Below are positions 26,766 to 37,455 of a DNA stretch of 64,000 nucleotides, one piece after another. A program made the translations under genes and the position numbers. Source of the DNA: Hormiphora californensis. Its lineage: Eukaryota > Animalia > Ctenophora. The notes beneath the pieces were generated by a model. The model did no database searches and was not told the origin of the DNA. It was given only the letters and a program-made list of their open reading frames with translations. The stretch lies in contig CM035359.1 in assembly GCA_020137815.1 (NCBI GenBank), positions 124,001 to 188,000 on the forward strand, given 5' to 3'. Within the stretch, counting starts at the first letter, position 1, and each line of letters begins with the position of its first letter.

Positions 26766-27931
26766 TCATTGGTCGCGGCACGGGGATCGGTCTCAGTTTT
26801 GTTAATCTTCTTCTTCTTCTTCTTCTTTGGGTTTGGAGGAGCTGAGCGAGGGGTCTCTTTCTGCTCCACTTTCTGAGGGACACCACTGGTTTTGTTACCA
26901 GCAGTCTTCAATGAATTACCCTTGGTAGGGGCTACTTCACTTCTCCGAGTGTTCTTTAAATGTGTGTCTTTACATTCTTTGTCGGTACAGACTCGGGAGA
27001 TCTCAGACTTATGGCAGAGAGGTGGGTGAAAATCCTGGCACTGGTCACCATAGTTACACCCAGAACGAGTTGCCGTTCCGAACTGACAATAACGGAGGCA
27101 TCTCTGAGGATGTTCCTTGCTGCAAGGCTTACCACTGATCAACTTGTCACCATTTGGGCCATGGGGACAGTCTCTCAGTAGATAACGTTCACAAACATTG
27201 CTGAATTTAGGAACACCTTGGGGTTTCACCTCTCCATCAGAAGATATGTCTCCAAGATCCACATCTTTTAGAACTGTCACTCCACCAACAGGAGTTACCA
27301 GATCATCAGGATCTTTCTTGACAGGAGCTTGTTTCTTCTTCCTCTTCTTCTTACCGCTACGGCCTGCCTTCGGACTGATTTTGAACTCGTATTCCTCATC
27401 AGATAACACTGATTCTGGATCTTCAGCACTTCGGTTGCACATGAAGGTTTCAATTTTGTTGTTTTTGTCCTTGCACGGCAGACACAACCAGACCGACCCC
27501 GTCAATGACCCAAGGGTGCCATCCATAGCCTCGCAATCATGAGACCCCTGCTGGCAAAGAAAACAGCGGACACGAGGAGATTCACCTGGTTTAACTGCAT
27601 ACCCTTCGCCACAGCCCTCACAGTCACAAGGAAAATGACTTTCCAGCTGAATGATGATGTAGTCGGCTAGTGTAGTGCGGTTCTGGTACCGCTTAGTTTT
27701 ATCTGCATGTGAGCCGGGGGATGCACCGAAAAACGATGCAGCGGCTTCCAGGTGAGCACAGTTGAATGTGCGGATGATGTCTAGATTCTTGGTGTAATCC
27801 ACATCATGGCGGTAGGCAGACAGGATCTTTTTGGTAAGGGGATCTGCTGCGTTTACAAGATTTCCAACGGCAAGGGCATTACCATCACTTTTGTCATCAG
27901 TAGGTGTAGCCATATTTGTCATATCTGGCAT
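26525..27931 (-). CDS. LINE ORF1 (468 aa): PHD-like finger, three CCCH-type fingers, two poly-Lys tracts
   Basis: CEGC...CFLC...HDC...WLCLPC; CERYLLRDC...CSKEH, CLRYC...CNYGDQCQDFH, CHKSEISRVCTDKECKDTH. Confidence 0.88.
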   Translation of the reverse strand: MPDMTNMATPTDDKSDGNALAVGNLVNAADPLTKKILSAYRHDVDYTKNLDIIRTFNCAHLEAAASFFGASPGSHADKTKRYQNRTTLADYIIIQLESHFPCDCEGCGEGYAVKPGESPRVRCFLCQQGSHDCEAMDGTLGSLTGSVWLCLPCKDKNNKIETFMCNRSAEDPESVLSDEEYEFKISPKAGRSGKKKRKKKQAPVKKDPDDLVTPVGGVTVLKDVDLGDISSDGEVKPQGVPKFSNVCERYLLRDCPHGPNGDKLISGKPCSKEHPQRCLRYCQFGTATRSGCNYGDQCQDFHPPLCHKSEISRVCTDKECKDTHLKNTRRSEVAPTKGNSLKTAGNKTSGVPQKVEQKETPRSAPPNPKKKKKKKINKTETDPRAATNDIRSQEDFLMALMASVRDEILREVKTSLNSSLQSFREEMTREHTPRPKHLTLTQPGLNTPTNYQGVLERFRNYSSSTPAV

Positions 27932-27955
27932 GGCTAGAGCCTACAGAGGGATATT

Positions 27956-27996
27956 CTCAAATTAATTTGTTTAAAGTAGTGTTGAAAAGTTTGAAA
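27956..27996 (-). other. Ctenophore spliced-leader (SL) exon sequence joined to the LINE 5' UTR
   Basis: Minus strand reads TTTCAAACTTTTCAACACTACTTTAAACAAATTAATTTGAG, matching the ctenophore SL as I recall it. It is followed by AATATC (not GT) and lies 24 nt before the ORF1 ATG. Confidence 0.88.
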
Positions 27997-28099
27997 TTAA
28001 GAAGAAAAAAAAAGAAAAGAGGAAAAAAAAAGAAAAAAAAAAGTGAGCAGAGAGAGAGGGAGTATGAGAGTATGACGGTGTGTGGGTAATTTATTATAA

Positions 28100-28775
28100 T
28101 ATATACCCTGCTAACTTAAATAATGCGCCAGTGGCGAGAAGTCCCACTAGCGCGCTCTCAGTAAACAGCCAGTCCAGCGGCAGATTATTTCCCACTGGCA
28201 GGTTATTTATTTTTAACTCCTACGTAACATTCAAAGTGTGTGTAAATGATCAGTTCTTACTAAAATACAGAGGGAACACTATGTGCAACACTTACACACT
28301 ACATTGGAGAGAAAGAAAGGACACATTCCGTCAATTACTCTCTCTTTATCTCCCCTTTTGTCTCACTATCTCTTTCTCTGTGTTATTTGTGACATGCCCC
28401 TTATCAGGCTATTTCTTTCACTCTCTTTCCTTAGCAACTGCTTAGTAACTGTTACCAAACAGTGTACACTCAATTGTGACGTGTTTTTAACTATTTCTCA
28501 GTTCTCTTTGTGTGTTTTGATTAGTGTTCTCTCTCTTGTTGGTGTGTAATACTTGAAATAAACAACTAAAGCAGGGTATATAACCCATAAACTCTGACCA
28601 CTGGCACGTTATAGGTTTAAACCCCTCCGCCTCTCCCTCGGCTCCGCCTCGGGATCGTCGTCGTGATTTAAACCAGTTTATCCGCCAGCGGCGGATAAAC
28701 TCCAGCTAACTTCTCCCAGCGGCGCGCTGGGAGAAAGTTATCTGAAATAACGCGCCAGTGGCCAGAGTTTATGCC
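28100..28775. repeat. Composite inverted-repeat element(s)
   Basis: tatataccctgct (~28100) / agcagggtatata (~28570); cataaactctgaccactggcacgttat (~28586) / ataacgcgccagtggccagagtttatg (~28747). Confidence 0.55.
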
Positions 28776-28924
28776 TCATTTATTCTGTTTTGTAGTACCA
28801 ACCAGTTACCACCTACCAGTGCTTAGCTAGGAAGAGCAAAGGCTCAGATAGCCACGGACCACGGTACGGCTCATTGTCACTTTTTTGAAACCTAGTCAGC
28901 TTCAAAAACTCCGACTTATATTAT

Positions 28925-29321
28925 TAAGTATTTCAACAGCACGCTAGACTGGGCATGCGGATAGTCCCACCACCTTACCCCTATAGAGCAGAAACGAAAC
29001 GAGCTAATCAATTTCACTGCTCATTTGGTCCAAGAGCAGCTCATTTATGGAACACTCTACCTGCTGCTGTCAATTCTTGTGTGAGCTTGAATCAGTTCAA
29101 ATCATCATTGGGCAATTACTTCACAGGATTTCACGATCGTCCTCCAGTCAGAGGGTACCCGCCACTTCCAAATGACCTTTCGCCTCAATGTGCTGTGCTG
29201 TGCTGATGAGTGTGAGTGTGAAGGGATAGTTTTTCAACTTGATTTTATTTAGGTGGACCCATTCAGGGAAGGCCTGTTTCTTTATAAATAAAACTTTAAT
29301 TGTAAACTTGTAAACTTGTAA
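28925..29321 (+). mobile_element. 5'-truncated CR1-group LINE of a related family, (TTGTAAAC)n tail
   Basis: ORF 28955-29206 (SFGPRAAHLWNTLP...FKSSLG...PPVRGYP) aligns with the ORF2 C-terminus of the full-length element (SFAVLGARLWNTLP...FKSQLG...PPISGYP). Confidence 0.85.
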
Positions 29322-29348
29322 GAAATTCCGTCTCCAGCCCGCCTGACT

Positions 29349-29585
29349 GGCCAGCGTTAAAATCTGGGTGTTTCGTGAGTGCTGACAATCGGTTCTTTAG
29401 GGTTAGTGCTAAAGTAGAGTTAGGGTTAGGGTTGGGGAACTCGGGGTTGGGCCTTGACGTTTCCTACCAGATAAACTTTGAATTAGCCAAAACGGTTGAG
29501 TGCCGTTTTTAAATTAGTGAATCAACTTTTTTGGCATCGTGCACCTGTAAACAGGCCACCAAACACCCAGATCGTAACGGCGCCC
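29349..29585. mobile_element. MITE with ~29-bp TIRs, 8-9-bp TSD and internal TTAGGG repeats
   Basis: (c)gcctgact|ggccagcgttaaaatctgggtgtttcgtg ... caccaaacacccagatcgtaacggcgccc|(t)gcctgact. Confidence 0.7.
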
Positions 29586-29822
29586 TGCCTGACTCCGCCT
29601 GAAGCACATGGGCGCCCATCTGGGCCAAAAAACCTAGACGGTTAGCGGTTAAGTCACACTTTTTAGCACCAAATTTGGACGTTTCTAATCCATTTCTGGG
29701 TCAAACTGTTTTATCTTTGGCTTGTTGGAAAGCGGGCAAGTTTCAAGTTTCAAGAGTTATGGCACAAAATGTTCGTTTTAAGGCGTTTTGCGCCATAGCT
29801 CCGTCATTTATTCACCAATATA

Positions 29823-31021
29823 CAGGATGTCCCACTGTCTTTGCATCACCTGTGATTTTGGGTGATGAGTGGGTTCCATTCAAATGCCCATAACTCATCG
29901 AAAAGTAGGCCAAAACGGCTCAACCAAAAACAGCGTTGTAGAGAATTGTCAGGCGCACATTTGGGTACAAGATTAATGTTCCAAGTCTTACCAATCGTCA
30001 GATATATCGTCGTAAAGTCACAAGTACGTGATTATGAAATCCGACCGGGGTTCACGTTTTGAAAAATTCACAAATGCAAAGTTGCTCGGATCACATTGCA
30101 CCCCTCATAAGAGTTGTAGGAAATTGTCTGGCGGTCATTTTGGTACCCGAGTTTTTGTCCTAGCTCAATGTTTAGAGTGTCTTATGACTGTTAGAACTGG
30201 AATTTTTCCAAAAGTTGACTCAGGTATCGTATTTCTTTTTGCCTGGTTATGGAGCTCATTGATGCTTGAATAACATCTCAGTGCATGATAGGGTTGGGAT
30301 AGACCACTTGCGTGTCCTACACATTAACAGGGGCCTTGCCAAATCGTCATAACAACCCTGTCAAGTGTCTAGATGAAATTGAGACGATATGTGCTGATTA
30401 TCATGGGATTACACACGACACCGAGCCACCTAATTAGGCGTAGTGAGCCGATACCAACTAAGACTCAGCATAGAAAAATCTTCATGTTCCTACAGTCATA
30501 ATGCAACTAAAACGTAGAGCTAAGGAAAAAATCATGGTATCAAAATGAACCTCAGACGATTCCAATCAAGCTCTTATAAATTTCAAATCATTTTACCCAT
30601 TTGTTGATGACACGTGATCCCCTCAAAAATGTTGGTTGAATTTCGTCTTTAGACAGTCATAAGACACCTTAAACATTGAGCTAGGGCAAAAACTAGGGTA
30701 CCAAAATGACCGCCAGACAATTTCCTACAACTCTTATGAGGGGTGCAATGTGATCCGAGCAACTTTGCATTTGTGAATTTTTCAAAACGTGAACCCCGGT
30801 CGGATTTCATAATCACGTACTTGTGACTTTACGACGATATATCTGACGATTGGTAAGACTTGGAACATCAATCTTGTACCCAAATGTGCGCCTGACAATT
30901 CTCTACAACGCTGTTTTTGGTTGAGCCGTTTTGACCTACTTTTCGATGAGTTATGGGCATTTGAATGGAACCCACTCATCACCCAAAATCACAGGTGATG
31001 CAAAGACAGTGGGACACCCTG
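29823..31021. mobile_element. Tc1/mariner-type non-autonomous element, ~370-bp TIRs, TA TSD
   Basis: TA|caggatgtcccactgtc ... gacagtgggacaccctg|TA; mirror ORFs 29862-30062(+) and 30782-30982(-). Confidence 0.9.
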
Positions 31022-31833
31022 TACTATACATACTATGAAACCTGGAAAGCTCGATGCCCTAAATAGTGGGGCGGACAGAAAGTCACCAGATCCGGACTAT
31101 AACTCACCTAAATTCGAGATTTTAAAAAGTGAGTTATAGTTCGAGTTCGATTTATCGTCTGTTCGAGTTTCTGTCCGGTACCCCTATACACGTTGATCAG
31201 TGAGACCCTTCCATGTTTTTATTTAAATACATTATGTGAATTATGTATATTGACTTTTTATCCTTTTTCAAATCAAATCAAATCGCTATGATACAGTTTG
31301 GACACCAATTAATTAATCAACGGAAGCTTTTCGTTCTCCAAATCGCAAGATTAAATTTTGAAATTGTTTACCCCCACTCAGTGCTTCTCAGTGCCCGTAG
31401 TCATCAAACTAGCAATATTTGTGAATTCTGCCAGCTGTGATATTACACATTGTGCCATCCCATTGCATAATTCCTACGATCATTTTTGGGTTCCAGTTCT
31501 ACAATTTCTCGCGCTATATATTATCTGGTCAAACCCACTAAACATAACTAGGTACATGCTAGGTAACAGCTAGCAGGTTTTTATTGGACATCATAATATT
31601 CTGCGGCATACGGCACGTGTTCATCTCATCTAATCAATTATAAGAGAGAAATTCTGAACCAGGTCCAGTGTCTAGACCTATAGATAAACGTCCATCCAAT
31701 CACGTGACCTGTAGTGGGATGATGAGTGATGATATTATGAAAATATGATATTATATTTTCACAGCATGGGTTGGACCCAATCCGAGAATATACATAGAGA
31801 GCCTTAGGGAGAGAGAGACTCAAGAGGGAAGAG

Positions 31834-31885
31834 AACATAATATATTTTCATGACTTGAATTCAAGTCATGAAAATATATTATGTT
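31834..31885. repeat. Perfect 52-bp palindrome
   Basis: aacataatatattttcatgacttgaa|ttcaagtcatgaaaatatattatgtt. Confidence 0.9.
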
Positions 31886-32625
31886 AACACCATCAATTCT
31901 CACCGTGAACCGTATGTGACTCTGAAATTGCAGCTTCCAGTGATATAACTAACTCAAGCAGAGATCAAAGATATGGCCATCTTTAAGTTTAGTTGTTAGT
32001 TCTTTCAGTGGTTTCGTTGATCCTTTGAAGTATGAAATTGCATATTCTTGCATATGTATTTGATATTTTCAACTGCAGGGAGCAGCATGTAATGGGGGAT
32101 CCATCGCACCTTGTTGAGTAAGGGGGAACTCTTCCCCCTTACTCAAATCTCTAGATGGTATGTGACTGATCTTATTGAAGTCCAGTTATCGAGCATATCG
32201 TTTTCAGTAGTGTGTTCACTGTGTTCTCACCTCTACCAAGAACAATGATCACGTTGTTTGAGTTTTAATCCGCTCCAAATTCCGATAAATGGAACTCTAA
32301 AATGAGCACACGTCCTTGATATTGTTCTGATAAACAATAGGGTAGTTGAAGTACCTACTATGATATTGAGTTACCTGCAGCAGCCTCTACTTTCACGTGC
32401 CTACTTTGTTCTGTCCTACCAGCTTTTCCAGCATTTAATTTTTGAAAGGGACTAGGGAGTGCACCGTGCAGTATCTCTTTCTCCCTCCCGTTCTTCCTCC
32501 CTCTCCTTCTCTCTCACTATCTTTTTCTCTCTCTCTCTCTCTCGTCCTCCATCGGAGAGTTTTAGAACAATTCAGTTTTTGTTGCCCACCTGGTAGGTTA
32601 CACCACTGCACTGTCCCAATTCTAG

Positions 32626-32632
32626 TATAAAA
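32626..32632 (+). promoter_or_regulatory. TATA box
   Basis: TATAAAA 51 nt before the ATG (context accaccATG) of the secreted-peptide ORF. Confidence 0.55.
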
Positions 32633-32682
32633 CCACCGCACAACCCCTCATTTCTCAATCCACTCCAACCATCAATACCACC

Positions 32683-32964
32683 ATGATCCGAACCTGTGTT
32701 GTTATACTTGCCGTCCTGGCCGTCATCTCTACAAAAGACATCTACACTGACCGGCCCCGACCTGTCCCAACCTCTGACCCTTCTCCTTTCAATCAACTGA
32801 AGGAAGCTTTTCAACGCCTGCTCAGCAGGGCGGAGGAAGAGGCTCAGAACCTCAGATACAGGCTTGAAGATGAGGCTGTGGACTTTGCCGAGGAGATAGA
32901 GGAAAGTGTGGTGGAAAGGGTTGAGGCTCTAGCCGATCTGATTGACGAGGGACTTGATTACTAA
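32683..32964 (+). CDS. Small secreted acidic protein / peptide-precursor candidate (93 aa, single exon)
   Basis: Signal-peptide-like N-terminus MIRTCVVILAVLAVIST, Pro-rich linker, acidic helical C-terminus, TATA box, GC step against AT-rich 3' flank. Confidence 0.75.
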   Translation: MIRTCVVILAVLAVISTKDIYTDRPRPVPTSDPSPFNQLKEAFQRLLSRAEEEAQNLRYRLEDEAVDFAEEIEESVVERVEALADLIDEGLDY

Positions 32965-33471
32965 TTCCCGGCGACCTGCAGCGACCAATGATTGATTTAA
33001 TTTAGTAATTCAATTTTTTTTCTCAATTTTGGCATAAACGAGTAATTTTCGATTTCTCTAAAATATCTTTTAACCAATTAATCACGATCACATTTGAAGC
33101 ACGATCAACCATCACCAACTATAGTTAGTAGTCAGTACTAGTCACTCAAAAATCACCCACTACTAGTCTTTGTTTGATCGTTAGCTCGTTTATCTTTATC
33201 TCTAATGGAAATGAATACTCCTCTCATCTCAATTCTCATCACCAAGAAGTCGCGACTCACGGTACCAATCACATCCATCAAGGTCGTAAGCTTGTCAGTC
33301 CGTATTGTTTGTTGTTTAATAAAATCAAATTTATAAACGCTCACTCAACAAGTCGCAGTATTAGTCCACAAACATTCCGCTCACCAATAATCGCTATACT
33401 TGCTGATTAATGAGCACTCACACTGCTCGATGCTCAACGCTCACTTAAAAATACATCATCACGCACAAAAC

Positions 33472-33896
33472 TGTTCTGTTCCTACCCTGTTCCTTAGCAC
33501 TCCCTTCTGTTCCTACCCTGTTCCTTAGCACTCCCTTCTGTTCCTACCCTGTTCCTTAGCACTCCATTCTGCTCCTACCCTGTTCCTTAGCACTCCATTC
33601 TGCTCCTACCCTGTTCCTTAGCACTCCCTTCTGTTCCTACCCTGTTCCTTAGCACTTCGTTCTGTTCCTACCCTGTTCCTTAGCACTCCATTCTGCTCCT
33701 ACCCTGTTCCTTAGCACTCCGTTCTGTTCCTACCCTGTTCCTTAGCACTTTGTTCTGTTCCTACCCTGTTCCTTAGCACTTCGTTCTGTTCCTACCCTGT
33801 TCCTTAGCACTTCGTTCTGTTCCTACCCTGTTCCTTAGCACTGCGTTCTGTTCCTACCCTGTTCCTTAGCACTTCGTTCTGTTCCTACCCTGTTCC
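33472..33896. repeat. 31-bp minisatellite (ttctgttcctaccctgttccttagcactccc), ~14 copies
   Basis: Period 31 read directly. Confidence 0.95.
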
Positions 33897-34030
33897 AGCC
33901 CAATTTACTGGGAAGAACTATTTTAGGTGTACATGCAAAGGCAAGGAATTCAATATACACATAAGAACCGTACATGCTAGGGACCCCACACAGCGTCTGC
34001 TGCAGCTAAGGGGCCCTGAAAACCTGATAG

Positions 34031-34476
34031 GGGGGAGACACACTGAGGTTGGTCGCGTGCATTCAACTCTCAACCTCGCGACACACACTGAAGTTCGAAG
34101 TTCGAAGTTTCGCGGAAAAGTTCAAAGTTTCGCGAAAACCCATTTTCGGCTGAGAAATCATTTGTAAGATGCTAGTTTATTTACTGGTACATCTCTCGAG
34201 GTGTCCTTTATCCATACTGAGTCAATTTCACCGTTTTTAAAATTTTTGGTGAATTGGGACAACTGTGACCGGATTAGCCAAAAATTTCAAAAACGGTGAA
34301 ATTGACTCAGTATGGATAAAGGACACCTCGAGAGATGTACCAGTAAATAAGTTAGCCTCTTACAAATGATTTCTCAGCCGAAAATGGGGTTTCGCGAAAC
34401 TTCGAACTTCGAACTTCAGTGTGTGTCGCAAGGTTGAGATTTGAACGAGCGCGCCCAACTTCAGTGTGTCTCCCCC
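34031..34476. mobile_element. Palindromic foldback MITE, 4-bp TSD ATAG
   Basis: atag|gggggagacacactga ... tcagtgtgtctccccc|atag; arms inverted to a centre at ~34265. Confidence 0.85.
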
Positions 34477-34526
34477 ATAGAAGGCTAGTAAAATACTGCA
34501 AAAGCCTCGTCACGGAAATTGAAGTA

Positions 34527-34698
34527 CAATCGGGGCCCGATTTAGGGGCCCCCGATTTAGTGGCACCCCGATTTAGGGACAGGATTTTTTTCCCCTGATT
34601 TAGGAAATTAACCTTATTTGACCCCGATTTAGTGGACACCCCGATTTAGTGGACAAAAGCCTTTCCCCCGAGGGTGTCCCTAAATCGGGGTCCGACTG
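34527..34698. mobile_element. CAGTCGGACCCCGATTTA-family MITE
   Basis: TA-flanked, same TIRs and internal repeats as 12567-12721. Confidence 0.85.
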
Positions 34699-35872
34699 TA
34701 CTAAAGAGAGGGGGTAGAAAATACCTGGCGGACTGGGCGGCTTTCCCGAGGGTGGGGCAGCCTCATATCTCGGACTGTAAACATGAACAGGGTGGGAAGG
34801 TTGGCTCCATTGCAACCTATTCTCGCTCTGCGAAGAAAAGGCTCCCGCTCTGTGGACAGCAAGAACTCACGTGCGCGCGATGTAAAGCACGTTTGTCAGC
34901 AAATCCCGTGCGACAGACTGTTTTGGGAGACCTTTTTAGCTGACCTAGCACTACTCAAACGTCAATTACCGCCTCATTTCGCATCGTGATGAATCGGCGG
35001 GTATTTTCCCATGCTCACAAGGCCATGGCGATTCACCCAGTACCCGCAGATTGTCCCAGGACCGAGTAGGAGCTTGCAGCCAGGTCTTTAAAGAATTGCT
35101 CATGTTTAGCGTCAATTTTCACCCATTATTCCTCAAATGCTGATACTCGCGGGTATTTTCCGTAAAACTAGAGACAATTATCTGCCAGGAGCAACAAACG
35201 AGATGCAAATCGGTTCAGTAGCTCCTTGCAGATAGGTCTTTGAAAAAGTTTGCTCTAAAATCAATAGCAGAGCGGAGGCCTGTATGTGAGATCGATCTCG
35301 GTCGCTGCGTGACCTCGATCTCACTCAGGTATCAATGTGGCAAGTGGGAAGGGGTATGGGGGAAGGGGGAGGTGTAGAGTGTGCTATAGAACGTTACTGG
35401 ATACAATGGACTCATCCGGGAACACGGCCACCCGGAAAGAAGACCGAAACACCACCCAGCCCCCCGAGCAAAAAATCGGACCACACACGCGGAGTACGTT
35501 TCCAGGATGGGCCGACGCGGAGGTTGACTGATCGGGCTTGCAGTGGTATGGCACCAAGAAGAGCGAAGCTCAGTTCAGCACCACACCACTACCATTCCAT
35601 CCCCACATACGGATGTGCATTAATCCAGTAAATTAAAAAGTTGAATAGTAGTCTGGAGTCCAGCTGTCAGAGCATTGGCCTGACCCATTCTCGTTGCGGA
35701 GCGCGTGAGAACTGTGGTCAGAGCAATGGCCTGATAGGAGTCCAGTGAATTGAAAGAATTGTTTCCTTTGTTTCTTGTCATCTTGTAACTCTCTCTCTCC
35801 CTTCCTCTTTATCCTTTAGTTACAATTGTAGCTATTCGCTCGCTCCCCTTCAATAATCCTTCTTTCTCTTCT

Positions 35873-35955
<83 letters not shown>

Positions 35956-36216
35956 ACTCAGCTATGACGTGTGTACTATATACTTGCACCATGTTTGCAG
36001 CTGTTACCAAACTTCAGTTGAGCCCTCTCCCAGTAATTGAGCACCCCCGGGTCCTTCACTGCTCCTTCTCAACCAATAGGAGCACAGTATTCTGGACACG
36101 TGATAAAGGTTAGCCAATGAGGAGGCGTCTAAGGAAGGAGTCCAGGTGGCGAATATTGATAGAGGTGGGCCTAAGGATGATAGACTAAAACAGCACACAA
36201 AGAGAGAAGAGAAAAG

Positions 36217-36296
<80 letters not shown>

Positions 36297-36306
36297 GAGA
36301 GAGAGA

Positions 36307-36340
<34 letters not shown>

Positions 36341-36400
36341 GAGAGAGAGAGATGAGAGAGAAGAGGGAGAGACAGAGGAGAGGAGAGATGAGAGTAGAGA

Positions 36401-36443
<43 letters not shown>

Positions 36444-36876
36444 CAGAGGTAACATAAGGTACAGGTGTTACTGGTGTTAGGTTATACCAAGTCAATTGTC
36501 AATTTGTCTTTGCAGCCTTGTAGTTGTTTCGATTTTTCATGCTTCACTGAATTGAAATTTCTAAATTTTCTACACCTTTTTAGATTCACACCATCCGAAC
36601 TAAAAGAGAAAGTTCTACAACGCTCCATAGACAGTATGTCATTTCACCGAGAATTGCATAGAATAAAATTTTCATTTTTAAAGTTGCATAAACTATTCTA
36701 ACACTTTGAATATTTCATTTTCCTGGTAGTGGCTAGTCAGAATTATGCAACCTTTTAATTTTCAACTAAGAGAAGTGCAATATATTTCTTGATAAATTCC
36801 CTACTTTTTAACTATACTACATATGAGGGGCATTAAATAATCCCAAATAACAGTTGTATTGATAAATAACAGTGAA

Positions 36877-37146
36877 TAAGTTGGATAATCCCCGATAAGT
36901 TGGATAATCCCAGATAAGTTGGATAATCCCAGATAAGTTGGATAATCCCGGATAAGTTGGATAATCCCAGATAAGTTGGATAATCCCCGATAAGTTGGAT
37001 AATCCCAGATAAGTTGGATAATCCCAGATAAGTTGGATAATCCCAGATAAGTTGGATAATCCCAGATAAGTTGGATAATCCCAGATAAGTTGGATAATCC
37101 CAGATAAGTTGGATAATCCCAGATAAGATGGATAATCCCAGATAAG
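36877..37146. repeat. 19-bp minisatellite (ataagttggataatcccag), ~14 copies
   Basis: Period 19 read directly. Confidence 0.95.
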
Positions 37147-37387
37147 GCCCAGTTACAAATTTGGAAACTGATATCAGTTTCCAACTCCCAGTTTCAGATC
37201 GAAGTGATGAGTGATGACACTATACGTGCATCGCTACTTTCAATGCAATTCACATCGAAATTCGGTCACGTGATCATAGATGACGCACACAGCATGGTTC
37301 ATCAGGACTCAGGAGTCTCCCAGCTAGAAACTGACGTCAGTTTCCAGCCTGGTATCAGTTTCCAATTTGTAACTGGTCACTGGAGCG
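37146..37387 (-). mobile_element. Divergent PIF/Harbinger-like MITE
   Basis: taa|ggcccagttacaaatttggaaactgata ... tatcagtttccaatttgtaactgg...ctggagcg|taa; same termini as 37471-37693 in reverse. Confidence 0.6.
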
Positions 37388-37455
37388 TAAGTAATCCCGG
37401 ATAACTTAGAAATAATACAGCTGTATTTAGGATCTGTATTTAGGATCACTCAGAA

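Larger units (their letters stand above)
23494..27996 (-). mobile_element. Full-length CR1-group LINE (ORF1 + APE-RT ORF2, (TTTGAA)n tail, spliced leader at 5' end)
   Basis: Two long ORFs with endonuclease and RT motifs; tandem tail at 23494-23517; no clear TSD. Confidence 0.95.

Noticed and set aside
27956-27996. SL RNA gene
   Set aside because: No GT donor or Sm-site intron follows the leader; it runs straight into the LINE 5' UTR.
36008-36184. AG/GT-bounded open segment on the minus strand
   Set aside because: Could be an exon, but I found no partner exons or recognisable motif.
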